Below, one piece after another: positions 47,537 through 57,728 of a stretch of 64,000 nt of DNA. The notes beneath the pieces are model-generated. The model had not been told where the DNA came from. It was given only the letters and a program-made list of their open reading frames with translations, and did no database searches. This DNA comes from an uncultured Fibrobacteria bacterium. Lineage in GTDB: Bacteria > Fibrobacterota > Fibrobacteria > UBA11236. Position 1 is the first letter of the stretch. Every line of letters starts with the position of its first letter. The DNA is taken from NCBI GenBank assembly GCA_963716395.1, contig OY970309.1, forward strand, positions 96,001 through 160,000, read 5' to 3'. Made by a program: the position numbers and the translations under genes.

Positions 47537-50123
47537 CCTCCCGATTTTTTTGACCGGCGGCGCGCTCGCACCCGGCGAAACGCATCCCATGCGCCTGGGT
47601 ATTCCCTTTCCCCCCGGCGCGATTACGCAGCCCGAATCGTTGCGCCTGTATTGCGGCGACCGCCCTGTGACGGCCGACGCCACGCCGCTCCTGCGTTGGC
47701 CCGACGGCAGCGTGCAATGGATGTTGCTCCGGTTTCTGGCGCGCGGCGAACACGGCCCCTCCGCTTATCGCCTGAGCGCCGATAACCCGGAAAAATCCCC
47801 GGGCGCGGAAGCGCGCCTGCGCTTTTCCGAAAGCGACGACGGCACCCGCATCGACACCGGCCGGGCCGTCTTTACCGTGGCCAAGGATTTTCTGCGGCCA
47901 TTTCAATCCGTCGCCATCGACGGCATACCGATTCTGGCCGCCGAGTCCGAACCGGTTCTCCTCCGCGACGCCCAGGGAAAACCCCATCGCTTCCGCATTC
48001 ACGAAGCCCGCGTCGAACATCACGGCGCCACCGGGCTGGAATTGAAACTCGTGGGCGCCTGGACGCCACGGTGGGGAAAGGAATTGTGCCGCGCCGTATG
48101 CCGCCTGCATTTTTTCGCCGATACGGCGCTGGTGAAAATGGAAGGCACGCTGTGGAACCCCAAGGCCGCGCGCCATCGCGGTGGGCTTTGGGATCTCGGC
48201 GATCCCGGTTCGGTATTTTTCCGTTCGCTTTCGTTTCCCTTCGCGTTTCGCCCCGCCGCCACACCTCAAGCCTGGCTGACGCTCGACGCGGACACCCCGC
48301 CCCGGCCGTGCCAGCATGGCTCCGTACATCAAAACTCGTCGGGGTTTCCGGGCTGGCAAAGCCCGGCGCATGTGGATAAAGACGATCGTCTCACGGTGAA
48401 ATTCCGCGGCTGGCGCGGCGACCGCGACGGCGAAGCTCTCTCCGGCGATCACAGCAACCCCGCAGCCATGCTGCACCATGACGCCGGAGCCGCGGCCTTC
48501 GCCCTGGAGCATTTCTGGGAAGCCTTTCCCAACCGGATCGATGTTTCCCAGCACGCCGTGAGCCTCGAGCCCTTTCCCGCGGCTGACGGGCAGGAGTTCG
48601 AATTGCAGGGCGGGGAAAAAGCGACATTCACGTTGTGGGCCGACTTCGCGGCCGACCCCGCGCAGCCGGTCCCGCTGCGCGTCGCGCGGGCGCCGTTGAC
48701 GCCGGTGCTGGATCCGGCCTGGGTCGCGGCCTGCGGGTGCCTTCCCTATTCGGCGGCGCCCGGCTCCGACGATCCCTTTTACGCGGGCCTGCAGCAAGCT
48801 TGGATCGAAGGCGACGGGTCGCTCTTCGCCCGCCGTGCAGCCTACGAGGAATTCGGGTGGCGGAATTTCGGCGAGGTGCCGGCTGATCACGAAAAGCTGC
48901 ACTACCACGGCATGCGGCCCTTGGTTTCGCACTACAACAACCAATACGATTTAATCCAATCGTTCTGGCGGAAATTCCTGGAAACGGGCGACGGACGCTG
49001 GCGCAGCCTGGCCGCGGATCTATGCCTCCACGTTATTAACCATGATATTTATCACACCGCACAAGACAAGGCGGCCTACAACGGCGGCTATTTCTGGCAC
49101 ACCGCGCATTACCGGCATGCGGGCACGGCCACGCACCGCACCTATTCGCGGCGCGCCACCGACGGTCCGCCGCCGCGCGGGTTCGGGGGCGGTCCTTCCA
49201 ACGAGCACAATTACACCTCGGGCCTGCTGCTGCATTATGCGCTGACGGGCGAAACGGAAGCGCGCGAGGCGGTGCTCGAATTGGCGGGCTGGGTACGGGA
49301 CATGCAGGACGGCCGCCGCACGCCCTTCCGTTTTTTCAGCCGCAATCCGACGGGGCTGGCCACTTGCACGCGCTTCCTGGATTTTCAGGGACCGGGACGT
49401 GGTGGCGCCTATTCCGTCAACACCTGCCTGGACGCCTTCACTCTCGCCGGCGACCGCTCCTGGATGGAACTGGCCGAACGCACTATCGCCGTGTGCATTC
49501 ACCCTGAAGACGATTGCGACGCCCTGGATTTGCTTAATCGCGAAAATCGCTGGTCCTACGTGGTCTTTTTGCAGGTGCTGGGAAAATACCTGGAAGTGAA
49601 ATGGGAGCGGCGGGAAACCGATGCAGCCTTTGCCTACGCACAGGCATCGCTAATCCACTACGCGCGGTGGATGGCCGCCAAAGAATTCCCCGCCTTATGG
49701 AAACCCGATCAATTGGAATTCGCCACTTCGACCTGGGCCGCACAGGACTTGCGCAAAACCGAGGTCTTTCTCCTCGCGGCCCGCTTCGGCGACGCCTTTG
49801 AGGAAAAGCGGTTTTTGGAGCGGGCGGAGTTTTTTTACGGGGAAACCAAACAATATTTGGCGCGTTTCGACGACAAGGGATGCGTGCGCAATATGGCCAT
49901 TTTGCTGCATTGCCTGCCGGCCTGCCGCCAATGGCGCAGCGGTAGGCTGCGGAATTTGGGACTCAACGCCGAGGTCGCGCAAAAGTTTCCCCCGAAAATC
50001 GCGTTGCTTCCGCAAAAAATTCAGGCTATCCGCAATGCCCGGCGTTTTCTCCTGACCTTGGGAATGTCGGGTTTCGTGCGGATTCTGCGCGGAAGCCAAA
50101 AACGTGCGCGGGGCTCTGCTTAA
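47523..50123 (+). CDS. RIFT-barrel / PcRGLX-YetA (PL26-like) fold protein
   Basis: GIPFPPG...RWPDGSVQW N-terminal motif; ELQGGEKAT; FGWRNFG...HYNNQYD; H....DIYHT helical barrel. Confidence 0.65.
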   Translation: MSPLNLPIFLTGGALAPGETHPMRLGIPFPPGAITQPESLRLYCGDRPVTADATPLLRWPDGSVQWMLLRFLARGEHGPSAYRLSADNPEKSPGAEARLRFSESDDGTRIDTGRAVFTVAKDFLRPFQSVAIDGIPILAAESEPVLLRDAQGKPHRFRIHEARVEHHGATGLELKLVGAWTPRWGKELCRAVCRLHFFADTALVKMEGTLWNPKAARHRGGLWDLGDPGSVFFRSLSFPFAFRPAATPQAWLTLDADTPPRPCQHGSVHQNSSGFPGWQSPAHVDKDDRLTVKFRGWRGDRDGEALSGDHSNPAAMLHHDAGAAAFALEHFWEAFPNRIDVSQHAVSLEPFPAADGQEFELQGGEKATFTLWADFAADPAQPVPLRVARAPLTPVLDPAWVAACGCLPYSAAPGSDDPFYAGLQQAWIEGDGSLFARRAAYEEFGWRNFGEVPADHEKLHYHGMRPLVSHYNNQYDLIQSFWRKFLETGDGRWRSLAADLCLHVINHDIYHTAQDKAAYNGGYFWHTAHYRHAGTATHRTYSRRATDGPPPRGFGGGPSNEHNYTSGLLLHYALTGETEAREAVLELAGWVRDMQDGRRTPFRFFSRNPTGLATCTRFLDFQGPGRGGAYSVNTCLDAFTLAGDRSWMELAERTIAVCIHPEDDCDALDLLNRENRWSYVVFLQVLGKYLEVKWERRETDAAFAYAQASLIHYARWMAAKEFPALWKPDQLEFATSTWAAQDLRKTEVFLLAARFGDAFEEKRFLERAEFFYGETKQYLARFDDKGCVRNMAILLHCLPACRQWRSGRLRNLGLNAEVAQKFPPKIALLPQKIQAIRNARRFLLTLGMSGFVRILRGSQKRARGSA

Positions 50124-50159
50124 GGATTACAATACTCCTATTGCATTCGGGAGGGCGCC

Positions 50160-51557
50160 ATGACCCGAAGTTTTTTCATTCCCATCGTGCCGATTTTAAT
50201 CTCCGCCTGGTTGCCGGCGTTCAGCCAGCCGGTCTGCCCCGTTTGGAACGACCCGCACACCGTCTTCGACACCATCGGCCCCGGTGCCGACCTGGCTTCC
50301 ACCGTGCGCCAGGCCGCTTCGGGGACCACCATTTTATTGCGCTCCGGCACCTACCGGGTTTCTTCGACCGTGCTATTCACCACCGACGACGTCACCCTGC
50401 GTTCGTTGAGCGGCAACCGCGACAGCGTCATCATCGACGGTAACACCGGAGGGATGCCGCTCCAGGCCTCCAACTTCGTGCTGGAAATCATCCAAGTGGC
50501 GGCTTCGAACGTCACCATCGCCGACCTGACCATCCGTTACGCCGGCGATCACGGCATTCACGCCTATGCGCCCGCCGACCGCGGCATCACCAACTTGCAC
50601 ATGCGCAACCTGCATGTCTACGACTGTTCCGAGCAGCAGATCAAGGTGAATTCCAACGGTTCGACACCGCTGTATTGGGTCGACGACGGATTGCTGGAAT
50701 GCTCCCTGGTCGAATTTCCCGACAATGCCCTGATGGAGCTCCAGCCCGGGGAGTTCTACACCGGCGGCATCGACGTACACGGCGGCTGGAACTGGATTGT
50801 GCGCGACAACGTCTTCCGCAATTTCCAGCGCAACGACACCTTGCTCGAAGCCGCCGTGCATTTTTGGGACAAGTCGCGCGGAACCCTGGTGGAGCAAAAC
50901 CTCTTCGTCGACAATTACCGCGCCATCACCTTCGGCATGAACACCGCGCCTTCAACCACCGACCGCGAATATCCGGACAGCGCCGGCGACAACCCCTATC
51001 TGGATGAAATCGACGGCATCATCCGCAACAACATGATTTTCAACCACAAGGGCACGCATCTCGAATCGGGCATGGAGCTGACCAATGTGGCCCAGGTGGA
51101 GGTTTACAACAATACTGTTTTCGCGGGCGACAACCCCTTCAGCGGCATCGAATACCGCTGGCCGAATACGCGGGTCATCCTCGCCAACAACATCAGCAGC
51201 TACAACATCCTGCAACGCGACAGCGGCCAGGCCGTTCTGGAAACCAATCTCGCCAATGCACCCGCCACCCTGTTCGTCGACGCGGTCAACGGCGATTTGC
51301 ACTTGCTCCCCACGGCGACGTCGGCTATCAACCAGGGCACCAAACTGGCGGCCGGCAAGGCCGACTATGATTACGATGGGCGATTGCGTGATGCCCATCC
51401 CGACATCGGCGCCGATGAATATGGCGCTTCTAGTCCTGTGCTCCCGTTGCCGCGGCGCCCCTTACCGGCGGGTTGGCGGATACTGCTGGGACCAGGTCCG
51501 ACGCTGATTTCCCCGGAGGGTCTCCCCTATTCGCTGCTGGGCCGGTTTAAGCCTTAG
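50160..51557 (+). CDS. Secreted right-handed parallel beta-helix protein
   Basis: Signal peptide; GTTILLRSGTY, TGGIDVHGG, VRDNVF, IRNNMI, YNNTV repeats; DLHL...AINQG...DYDG..R...PDIGADE; tail YSLLGR. Confidence 0.78.
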   Translation: MTRSFFIPIVPILISAWLPAFSQPVCPVWNDPHTVFDTIGPGADLASTVRQAASGTTILLRSGTYRVSSTVLFTTDDVTLRSLSGNRDSVIIDGNTGGMPLQASNFVLEIIQVAASNVTIADLTIRYAGDHGIHAYAPADRGITNLHMRNLHVYDCSEQQIKVNSNGSTPLYWVDDGLLECSLVEFPDNALMELQPGEFYTGGIDVHGGWNWIVRDNVFRNFQRNDTLLEAAVHFWDKSRGTLVEQNLFVDNYRAITFGMNTAPSTTDREYPDSAGDNPYLDEIDGIIRNNMIFNHKGTHLESGMELTNVAQVEVYNNTVFAGDNPFSGIEYRWPNTRVILANNISSYNILQRDSGQAVLETNLANAPATLFVDAVNGDLHLLPTATSAINQGTKLAAGKADYDYDGRLRDAHPDIGADEYGASSPVLPLPRRPLPAGWRILLGPGPTLISPEGLPYSLLGRFKP

Positions 51558-51558
51558 T

Positions 51559-53469
51559 TTAAGCCTTAAAGCGGGCCGCATGCACCCGGCGATACCACAC
51601 GGCGAACACGTAGGCCGACCACAAATATTGCTGGTGGGTGTTGTCTCCCGCCAAAAACCGCTTCCAGGCCGCCCGCAGATCCGCTTCGGGAATTTGCTCG
51701 CGCAAGGCCGGAATGGCTTCGCCCGCGAATAGGTTCTCTTCGATACGTCCGCGCCAGGCTTGACGCATGCTGCTTTCGACCGGGAAGGAGAAACCCGTTT
51801 TGGGCCGGTTGCAAATGCCGGGTTCAACCCGCTCGCGCGCCAAATTCCGCAGCAGCACCTTGCTCTCGCTCCCGGAAAATTTCAGGGCGGCGGGCAAGGT
51901 GAAGGCAAAGGCCACCAAATCTTGATCCAACAGCGGCGCGCGTAATTCCAACGAATTGGCCATGCTCATGCGATCGGCCTTGACCAATACGTTTTCGCAG
52001 AGATACAGCCGCGTGTCGACGTACAAAAGGCGCGACAGGGGATCGAGCCCCGCGGCCTGGTCGAACAAATTCCGCATCCATTCCAAAGCCGGGCGGCGGC
52101 GACGGCGGGCTGCAGCGCCGACTTCGTTTCCCGGGCGACGCGGGCTTTGATCCATCAGAAAGGCTTCGAGCGGAGAAACCGACAGGTTACGCCACAGCGT
52201 TTGCAGACGCAACCAGCGCGGCCATCCCGAAGCCGCGGGCCAGATTCCATGCAGCAACCGCGCCCCGGGCGCGCGCACAAAATCCGGCGCGAACCGGCGG
52301 ATTTTTTCTTCCCAGAGATGCGGGCCGTAGCGGAAGGAATAGCCGCCGAAGGGTTCGTCGCCGCCGTCTCCGGTCAAGGCCACGGTGACACGGCGGCGGG
52401 CCGCCCGGCACACGAGGTAGGTCGGAAAGATGGAGGGATCGGCCAGGGGCTCGCCCAAATGTTCAAGCAATTCCGGCAACAAATCCCCGGTTGCGGATGC
52501 GATTTCCAGCGATTCATGCCGGGCGCCGTAATACGCGGCGGCCCGGGCCGCAGCTTCGCGCTCGTCATCCACGCCCGCCAGCGCGGACTTGCCGCCGAAG
52601 CCGACGGTGAAGGTTTGCACCGGCGACAGCGACACCTTGGCCATGGACGAAACCACCAGGTTACTGTCGATTCCGCCCGAGAGAAAGGCCCCCAGCGGCA
52701 CCTCGCTAAGCAGGCGGCGCTCCACGGCCCCATCCAGCAGACCGGCCAGTTGTTGGCGGGCTTCGGGTTCGGGCACCGATTGGCGAGCCGTCGCGGCGCA
52801 ATCCCAATAGGTCCAGGTTTCCAATCCACGGCTCGAACAGGTAAAAGCCTGGGCCGCGCACAGCTTGTGCGCGTCGGCATAGACGGTATGCGGCGCGGGA
52901 ATGTAGCCCAGGGAAAAATACAGATCGACACCCTCCGGCGAGAGTCGGCCGTCCATGGCACCGCCGGCACACAAGCTTCCGAGTTCGCTGGCGAAGAAGA
53001 ATTTGGAACCGCGCCGGGCGAAATACAGCGGCTTTTTGCCGATGGGATCGCGCGCTCCGAAAATCAGGTTGGCGCGCGCGTCGTGCAGCACGAAGGCGAA
53101 CATGCCACGGAGTTTTTCCACCAAGGCCCGGCCCCACTCCCGGTAGCCGATGAGAATCACTTCGGTGTCGCTGTGCGTGGCGAAAGCATGCCCGGCCGCT
53201 TCCAAATCGCGCCGGAGTTCGCGGAAGTTGTAGATCTCGCCATTGAAAACGAGCGTGTGATTTTTGTCGCGGCTGACCATGGGTTGCTGGCCCGAGGACA
53301 AATCGATGATACTCAACCGCCGGTGCGCAAAAACAAGATGGGGGCTTTGCTGCCAGCCTTCTTCGTCGGGCCCGCGGTGGATCAAGGCGCGCGACATCTT
53401 GCGACCGGCCTCGGCGTCGGCCGGCGCCAGGGGCGCCTCCGGATCGAAAATTCCCGCGATGCCGCACAT
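51559..53469 (-). CDS. asnB: Asparagine synthase (glutamine-hydrolysing)-family amidotransferase
   Basis: MCGIAG, HRGPD, RRLSIID, FNGEIYN, FLSGGIDS, GDGGDE.FGGY, KADRMSMANSLE.R.P.LD. Confidence 0.93.
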   Translation of the reverse strand: MCGIAGIFDPEAPLAPADAEAGRKMSRALIHRGPDEEGWQQSPHLVFAHRRLSIIDLSSGQQPMVSRDKNHTLVFNGEIYNFRELRRDLEAAGHAFATHSDTEVILIGYREWGRALVEKLRGMFAFVLHDARANLIFGARDPIGKKPLYFARRGSKFFFASELGSLCAGGAMDGRLSPEGVDLYFSLGYIPAPHTVYADAHKLCAAQAFTCSSRGLETWTYWDCAATARQSVPEPEARQQLAGLLDGAVERRLLSEVPLGAFLSGGIDSNLVVSSMAKVSLSPVQTFTVGFGGKSALAGVDDEREAAARAAAYYGARHESLEIASATGDLLPELLEHLGEPLADPSIFPTYLVCRAARRRVTVALTGDGGDEPFGGYSFRYGPHLWEEKIRRFAPDFVRAPGARLLHGIWPAASGWPRWLRLQTLWRNLSVSPLEAFLMDQSPRRPGNEVGAAARRRRRPALEWMRNLFDQAAGLDPLSRLLYVDTRLYLCENVLVKADRMSMANSLELRAPLLDQDLVAFAFTLPAALKFSGSESKVLLRNLARERVEPGICNRPKTGFSFPVESSMRQAWRGRIEENLFAGEAIPALREQIPEADLRAAWKRFLAGDNTHQQYLWSAYVFAVWYRRVHAARFKA

Positions 53470-53495
53470 GATGGATGAAGCCGCCCTGGTTGATG

Positions 53496-54683
53496 CTAAG
53501 GGCGCGTGGGAAGCAACAAGGTTTCCAGAATTCTTCCGGTCTCATCCCACGAAACGTGTGCGCGCACGAAACGTTGGGCCGCTTCAGCTTTAAGCCTCCG
53601 GGCTTCGGGGTCGGCCAGGGCCCCGAGCAGGCCCTGAAGAAAAGCTTCGGGTTCGCGGTCGGCGACGAACATGGCGGCGCGCGCCTCCTCCGGCAAACCG
53701 GCCGCGGCGGCCGGCGAAGCCAACACCGGTACGCCGGCAGCCATGGCTTCGAGAATTTTGTTCTGCACGCCGCGCGCGACTTGCAGGGGCACCACCACCA
53801 AGGTCGACGCGGCCAGATAAGGCCGCACGTCGGGGACAAAACCCGTGACCGTAACTCCCGAGTTTCGGGCCAGGGCCAGCACCGGGCGGTTGGGGCGCGA
53901 ACCCACCAGGTAGAACTCCGCCTGGGGCAGGCGTTGCCGCAGCCGCGGCCAGACCTCGGCGCAGAAAAACACGGCGGCCTCGGCATTGGGTTCGTAATCC
54001 ATGACGCCGATAAAGGTGAACCGCGGAGCCGCCGCGGGACTGCGGGGCAGGGCGCCGAAATAATCGCAGTCCACGCCGTTGGGCAGCAACGCCACGGGCA
54101 CGTTCGGAATCAACGTGCGAAACAAGGCGGCTTCGTTTTCGGTCACCACGCACGACACGTCAAAAGCCCGGGCAATTTTTTTTTCGTAGGCCAGCAAGAG
54201 GCGCGCTTCGCGCCGGTAAATCCGGCGGCGCCATCCCCGGCTTCGTAGGGCCAGATCCTCCCATTTTTTGGAATCCAAGTCGCAGAAATCCATGACGCGC
54301 CGCAGCTTGGGCAGTCTTTCGACATACGGCGCCATGGACGAGGAGAACACCACGACCGCGTCGATGCGTTCGGCCGCCACGAGACGGCGGATGCGGGCGC
54401 GCAAGCGACGGTTGAAGAAATGCCCCAACGACAGCGGCTGGCCGGAACAAAGGGCGCGAACCTTGCCCCAGAAATAATTCCAGCGCGTTTGCCGTTCCAC
54501 CGTCACGGTGGCCGCCCATTGCAGCATTTCGCGGCGCTTGGCCGCGTCGCGCCGGGAATCGAGCAGTGCCGCCACGTGCACGCGATGGTGTCGCGACAAG
54601 GAGCGGATGTGGTGGAAGGTGGCGATGCGATCGCCCCGATCCGGCGGATAGGGAAACCGTTGCGAGAGATAAAGAATTTCCAT
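53496..54683 (-). CDS. GT4 glycosyltransferase (TIGR03087-like, EPS-associated)
   Basis: ILYLSQRFPYPPDRGDRI, DFCDLDSKKW, NGVD, GVMDYEPN, ARGVQNKILEAMA. Confidence 0.9.
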   Translation of the reverse strand: MEILYLSQRFPYPPDRGDRIATFHHIRSLSRHHRVHVAALLDSRRDAAKRREMLQWAATVTVERQTRWNYFWGKVRALCSGQPLSLGHFFNRRLRARIRRLVAAERIDAVVVFSSSMAPYVERLPKLRRVMDFCDLDSKKWEDLALRSRGWRRRIYRREARLLLAYEKKIARAFDVSCVVTENEAALFRTLIPNVPVALLPNGVDCDYFGALPRSPAAAPRFTFIGVMDYEPNAEAAVFFCAEVWPRLRQRLPQAEFYLVGSRPNRPVLALARNSGVTVTGFVPDVRPYLAASTLVVVPLQVARGVQNKILEAMAAGVPVLASPAAAAGLPEEARAAMFVADREPEAFLQGLLGALADPEARRLKAEAAQRFVRAHVSWDETGRILETLLLPTRP

Positions 54684-54774
54684 GCGGGGAGGTGCGAAAC
54701 CGTTTCAGAAACAGTGAATGCTAAAAATATTCGCCGGGAAAGTTGCCCCGGCCGGGTCGCGGCGACGCAAACGC

Positions 54775-56250
54775 TTACTTTCCGGTGGCGACACGGTAGA
54801 TGCTGCTGCCGGCATAGCGGCGCTCCTCCAAAACGTGGCCGCCATTTTGCAGCAAGCGCCCAACCATATAGGCTTCCTCATTGTTTTTCGGCTGAAAGGG
54901 ATAGACATGGGAAAAAACCAGCCATACCGTTCCCTTCAGGCTGTCTAATTGCGGATTGTAGGCCGCCAACGTGTCGCGATGATATTCGCCTTGAATCAAA
55001 GGCGCGCGCGGTTGCCACCAACCGGCTAAACGGTAATACGAAACCTCTCGCAGCGAGGAGTAATAAACATAGAGCGGTTCGTTGTGCGAGTGATCTTGAT
55101 AAAAACTCAGGCTTTTTTTGATTTCCTCATTTTCAATCGGGAAACCGGCTTTAAGCGGTAGGACCATGGCGAATAGAGGAATCAGAAGGATGAGATCCGT
55201 CGCGGCGGCCAGTTTGAATCGGGAAGCGGATATCCGAAGTTTGGCGGCAAGACCCACCGTCCCCATCGCCACCAAGAGGATGAAAAGCGGGGTTTGATAT
55301 AACAGGAATCGCCCGTAAAAAGGGTAAAGTCGCAGCCAGGAGAGCAGCAAATGGATCAGGAGCGGCCCCAACAGGAACAGTAATATTCGCCCACGTTTTT
55401 GCACGGCCAAGCGGGCCGCAACCATCGCCGCGAAAGCCTCGATGAGCCAGGTGAAGCGGCCGAATTGAAAAATTTGCTCAAGCTGATTTTCGAGGGCCTT
55501 AATAATGAATTTATAGAATCCTAGGGAAAACGGGTTCCGGGGTAAAAACGAATTTCTCCAGAATTGCAGCATGCCCGCTCTCGACGGCTGATGGCGAATG
55601 AACTCCCAGTAATACACGGCGAAGGCGGCGCCCCAGAACAAAAACACAATCAAAAACCGGAAGTTCTTTCTACGCAGGCCGGAATAGGCCATCCATATTC
55701 CCGCAATGGCGAGGCTGATCACGGATATATTCGACATGAAAACGGCGACACACCCCGCGAGCGATAACACCGCCACCGCCAAAGTTTTCTCCGGACGCAA
55801 GCGTAAGGCCAGATAGGGCACCAGCACCGCGAACAACACGTCGACCATGTACTGCTTGGCTTCCGACGAGTAATAAATCAGCCGGAACGTGAGCGCGAAC
55901 AGGGCGGCAGAAAGCAGGCTGGCAGTTTGATCTTGGAGCAACTCCCTAGCCAAGAAATACAGCAAAGGAATGGAAGCAAGAAAACAGAGAAAGGGGAAAA
56001 GGCGCAAAGCCATTTCATCGGGCCCGAAAATCAAGGTCGCGGTTTTTTCCACCAGCAGAAAGCCGATGGGTGCGACTTGCAGGTGATCCAAAGGAAGAAA
56101 CAACCCGGAATAGCTTCGCGCCAGAATATTCAAGGCCAGCGTGGTCTCATCGTACCACAAGCTGCGGTTGTGAAAATATTGTATACAGGCCAAGACAACC
56201 CCTGCCGCAATTGCAGCCCAAATCACGAAGTGAATGGTTTTGGATTTCAT
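54775..56250 (-). CDS. GT-C (ArnT/PMT-like) membrane glycosyltransferase
   Basis: RSLWYDE..LALNI, QVAPIGF, ALRL.P, YSSEAKQY, YPF.GRF.LY; many TMs. Confidence 0.78.
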   Translation of the reverse strand: MKSKTIHFVIWAAIAAGVVLACIQYFHNRSLWYDETTLALNILARSYSGLFLPLDHLQVAPIGFLLVEKTATLIFGPDEMALRLFPFLCFLASIPLLYFLARELLQDQTASLLSAALFALTFRLIYYSSEAKQYMVDVLFAVLVPYLALRLRPEKTLAVAVLSLAGCVAVFMSNISVISLAIAGIWMAYSGLRRKNFRFLIVFLFWGAAFAVYYWEFIRHQPSRAGMLQFWRNSFLPRNPFSLGFYKFIIKALENQLEQIFQFGRFTWLIEAFAAMVAARLAVQKRGRILLFLLGPLLIHLLLSWLRLYPFYGRFLLYQTPLFILLVAMGTVGLAAKLRISASRFKLAAATDLILLIPLFAMVLPLKAGFPIENEEIKKSLSFYQDHSHNEPLYVYYSSLREVSYYRLAGWWQPRAPLIQGEYHRDTLAAYNPQLDSLKGTVWLVFSHVYPFQPKNNEEAYMVGRLLQNGGHVLEERRYAGSSIYRVATGK

Positions 56251-56283
56251 GGATGTCGCTCCGACGATACCTCGGAGTACTTA

Positions 56284-57459
56284 TTACCGGGCTGGTTTGG
56301 ATAAATTGCCGCTCGGGTTCCAGTCCGGGTTCGGGCGTTCGTAGAACACAAAGTGTTTGCGTGCCAGGAAATTGAGCACCAATCCAATCGCCGTCATGGC
56401 CAGCTTGGCGGAGATGGGAGAAACCCCGAGATGCAAAAGTGCCTTGGTTCCGAACGCATCCACCAAGCCGATCAGCGAAACCGCAACGACATAGATGACG
56501 ATTTCCTGCCAAGGCCTCCATTGGGCTCCGCTGCGGAACAAGAAGGCGGTGGAAAGACGGTAATTGACCGCCGCGGCCACGGCGAAGGCCGACAAGGCCG
56601 AAAAAACCGGCTGTAATCCCAACCGCAACAGCCCCAGAAACACCGCCAAATTGATCAAGGCGCAGGTTCCGCCGATGACGAGATAAAAAAGGAACTGAAT
56701 CGGACCCGGAACTTTGGGAAGATTGTATTTCAAAATACAATACAAGGCCCGCACGCCATCGCGCCAATTGATTTTCTTGCCTTCGGCATAGGTGCGGCCG
56801 GAATAGCTGATTCCGACTTCGAAAATGCGCAAGCGTTCTTGGGCGATTTTCGCCACGACTTCCGGCTCAAAACCGAACCGTTTCTCCTTCAAATCCAAGC
56901 CCTGAATAACCTCCCGCTTGAAAACCTTGTAGCAGGTCTCCATGTCCGTCAGGTTCAAATCGGTGAGCATATTCGACAACGTCGTCAGGAAGCGGTTGCC
57001 CAAGGAGTGCCAGTAATAAAGCACCCGGTGCATGCTCCCACCCAGAAACCGGGAACCGATCACGACGTCGGCTTGATCCCGCAACAACGGAATCAGCAGT
57101 TTGCGAAATTCCTCGGGATTGTATTCCAGATCGGAATCCTGGATGCCGACGAAGGCATGGGTCACGATTTTGAAACCCGATTGCAACGCCGCGCCTTTAC
57201 CCTGGTTTTTTTCATGCCGTACCAAACGGATTTCCGGGTAACGCGAGACGAACTCTTCCGCGATTTCGCGGCTGCGATCCCGGGAACAATCGTCGACGAT
57301 GACGATTTCGAGCGCCAAATCCTCCCCGCGGATGGAAAGCACGCGCTCCAGACAACGTGCCAGAGTTTTTTCCTCGTTGTAGCAGGGAATGACAATGCTC
57401 AACCCCGTGATTCGTGGTAACGGGACGTTACCTTCTTCAGCTTTGAGAGAACTTTGCAC
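56284..57459 (-). CDS. GT2 polyprenol-phosphate glycosyltransferase fused to GtrA-like flippase domain
   Basis: SIVIPCYNE, VDDCSRD, NQGKGAA, IQDSDLEY, TDMETCYK, GKKINWRDG; C-terminal 4-TM VNY/LNF GtrA pattern. Confidence 0.88.
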   Translation of the reverse strand: MQSSLKAEEGNVPLPRITGLSIVIPCYNEEKTLARCLERVLSIRGEDLALEIVIVDDCSRDRSREIAEEFVSRYPEIRLVRHEKNQGKGAALQSGFKIVTHAFVGIQDSDLEYNPEEFRKLLIPLLRDQADVVIGSRFLGGSMHRVLYYWHSLGNRFLTTLSNMLTDLNLTDMETCYKVFKREVIQGLDLKEKRFGFEPEVVAKIAQERLRIFEVGISYSGRTYAEGKKINWRDGVRALYCILKYNLPKVPGPIQFLFYLVIGGTCALINLAVFLGLLRLGLQPVFSALSAFAVAAAVNYRLSTAFLFRSGAQWRPWQEIVIYVVAVSLIGLVDAFGTKALLHLGVSPISAKLAMTAIGLVLNFLARKHFVFYERPNPDWNPSGNLSKPAR

Positions 57460-57728
57460 GCTGCGCTCAATACCGATGGGGAACTTGGCTGCACAATATA
57501 AATACCGTAACGGTCAGGCCAAGGCCGACATCCCAATCCGGGGGAGAGGAAACCCGCCATACCCCGGATTGGGGCGGGCGTGTCCGGAAAAAGTTCGGGC
57601 ACCGGCATCCCCCTTTAACCCGCAAGTTCCGGCTGCACGGGATTGGAAAAACCGGGTCAAGGCCGATTGATTCCCCGCGTATCCTGTTTGTTACCCGGAG
57701 GTTATCCGGGTTAGCTAGGTTTGCCGCC

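Noticed and set aside
57532-57573. 12-bp inverted repeat with 18-nt spacer in a divergent intergenic region
   Set aside because: Real but single copy, with no riboswitch or terminator hallmarks; no function assignable
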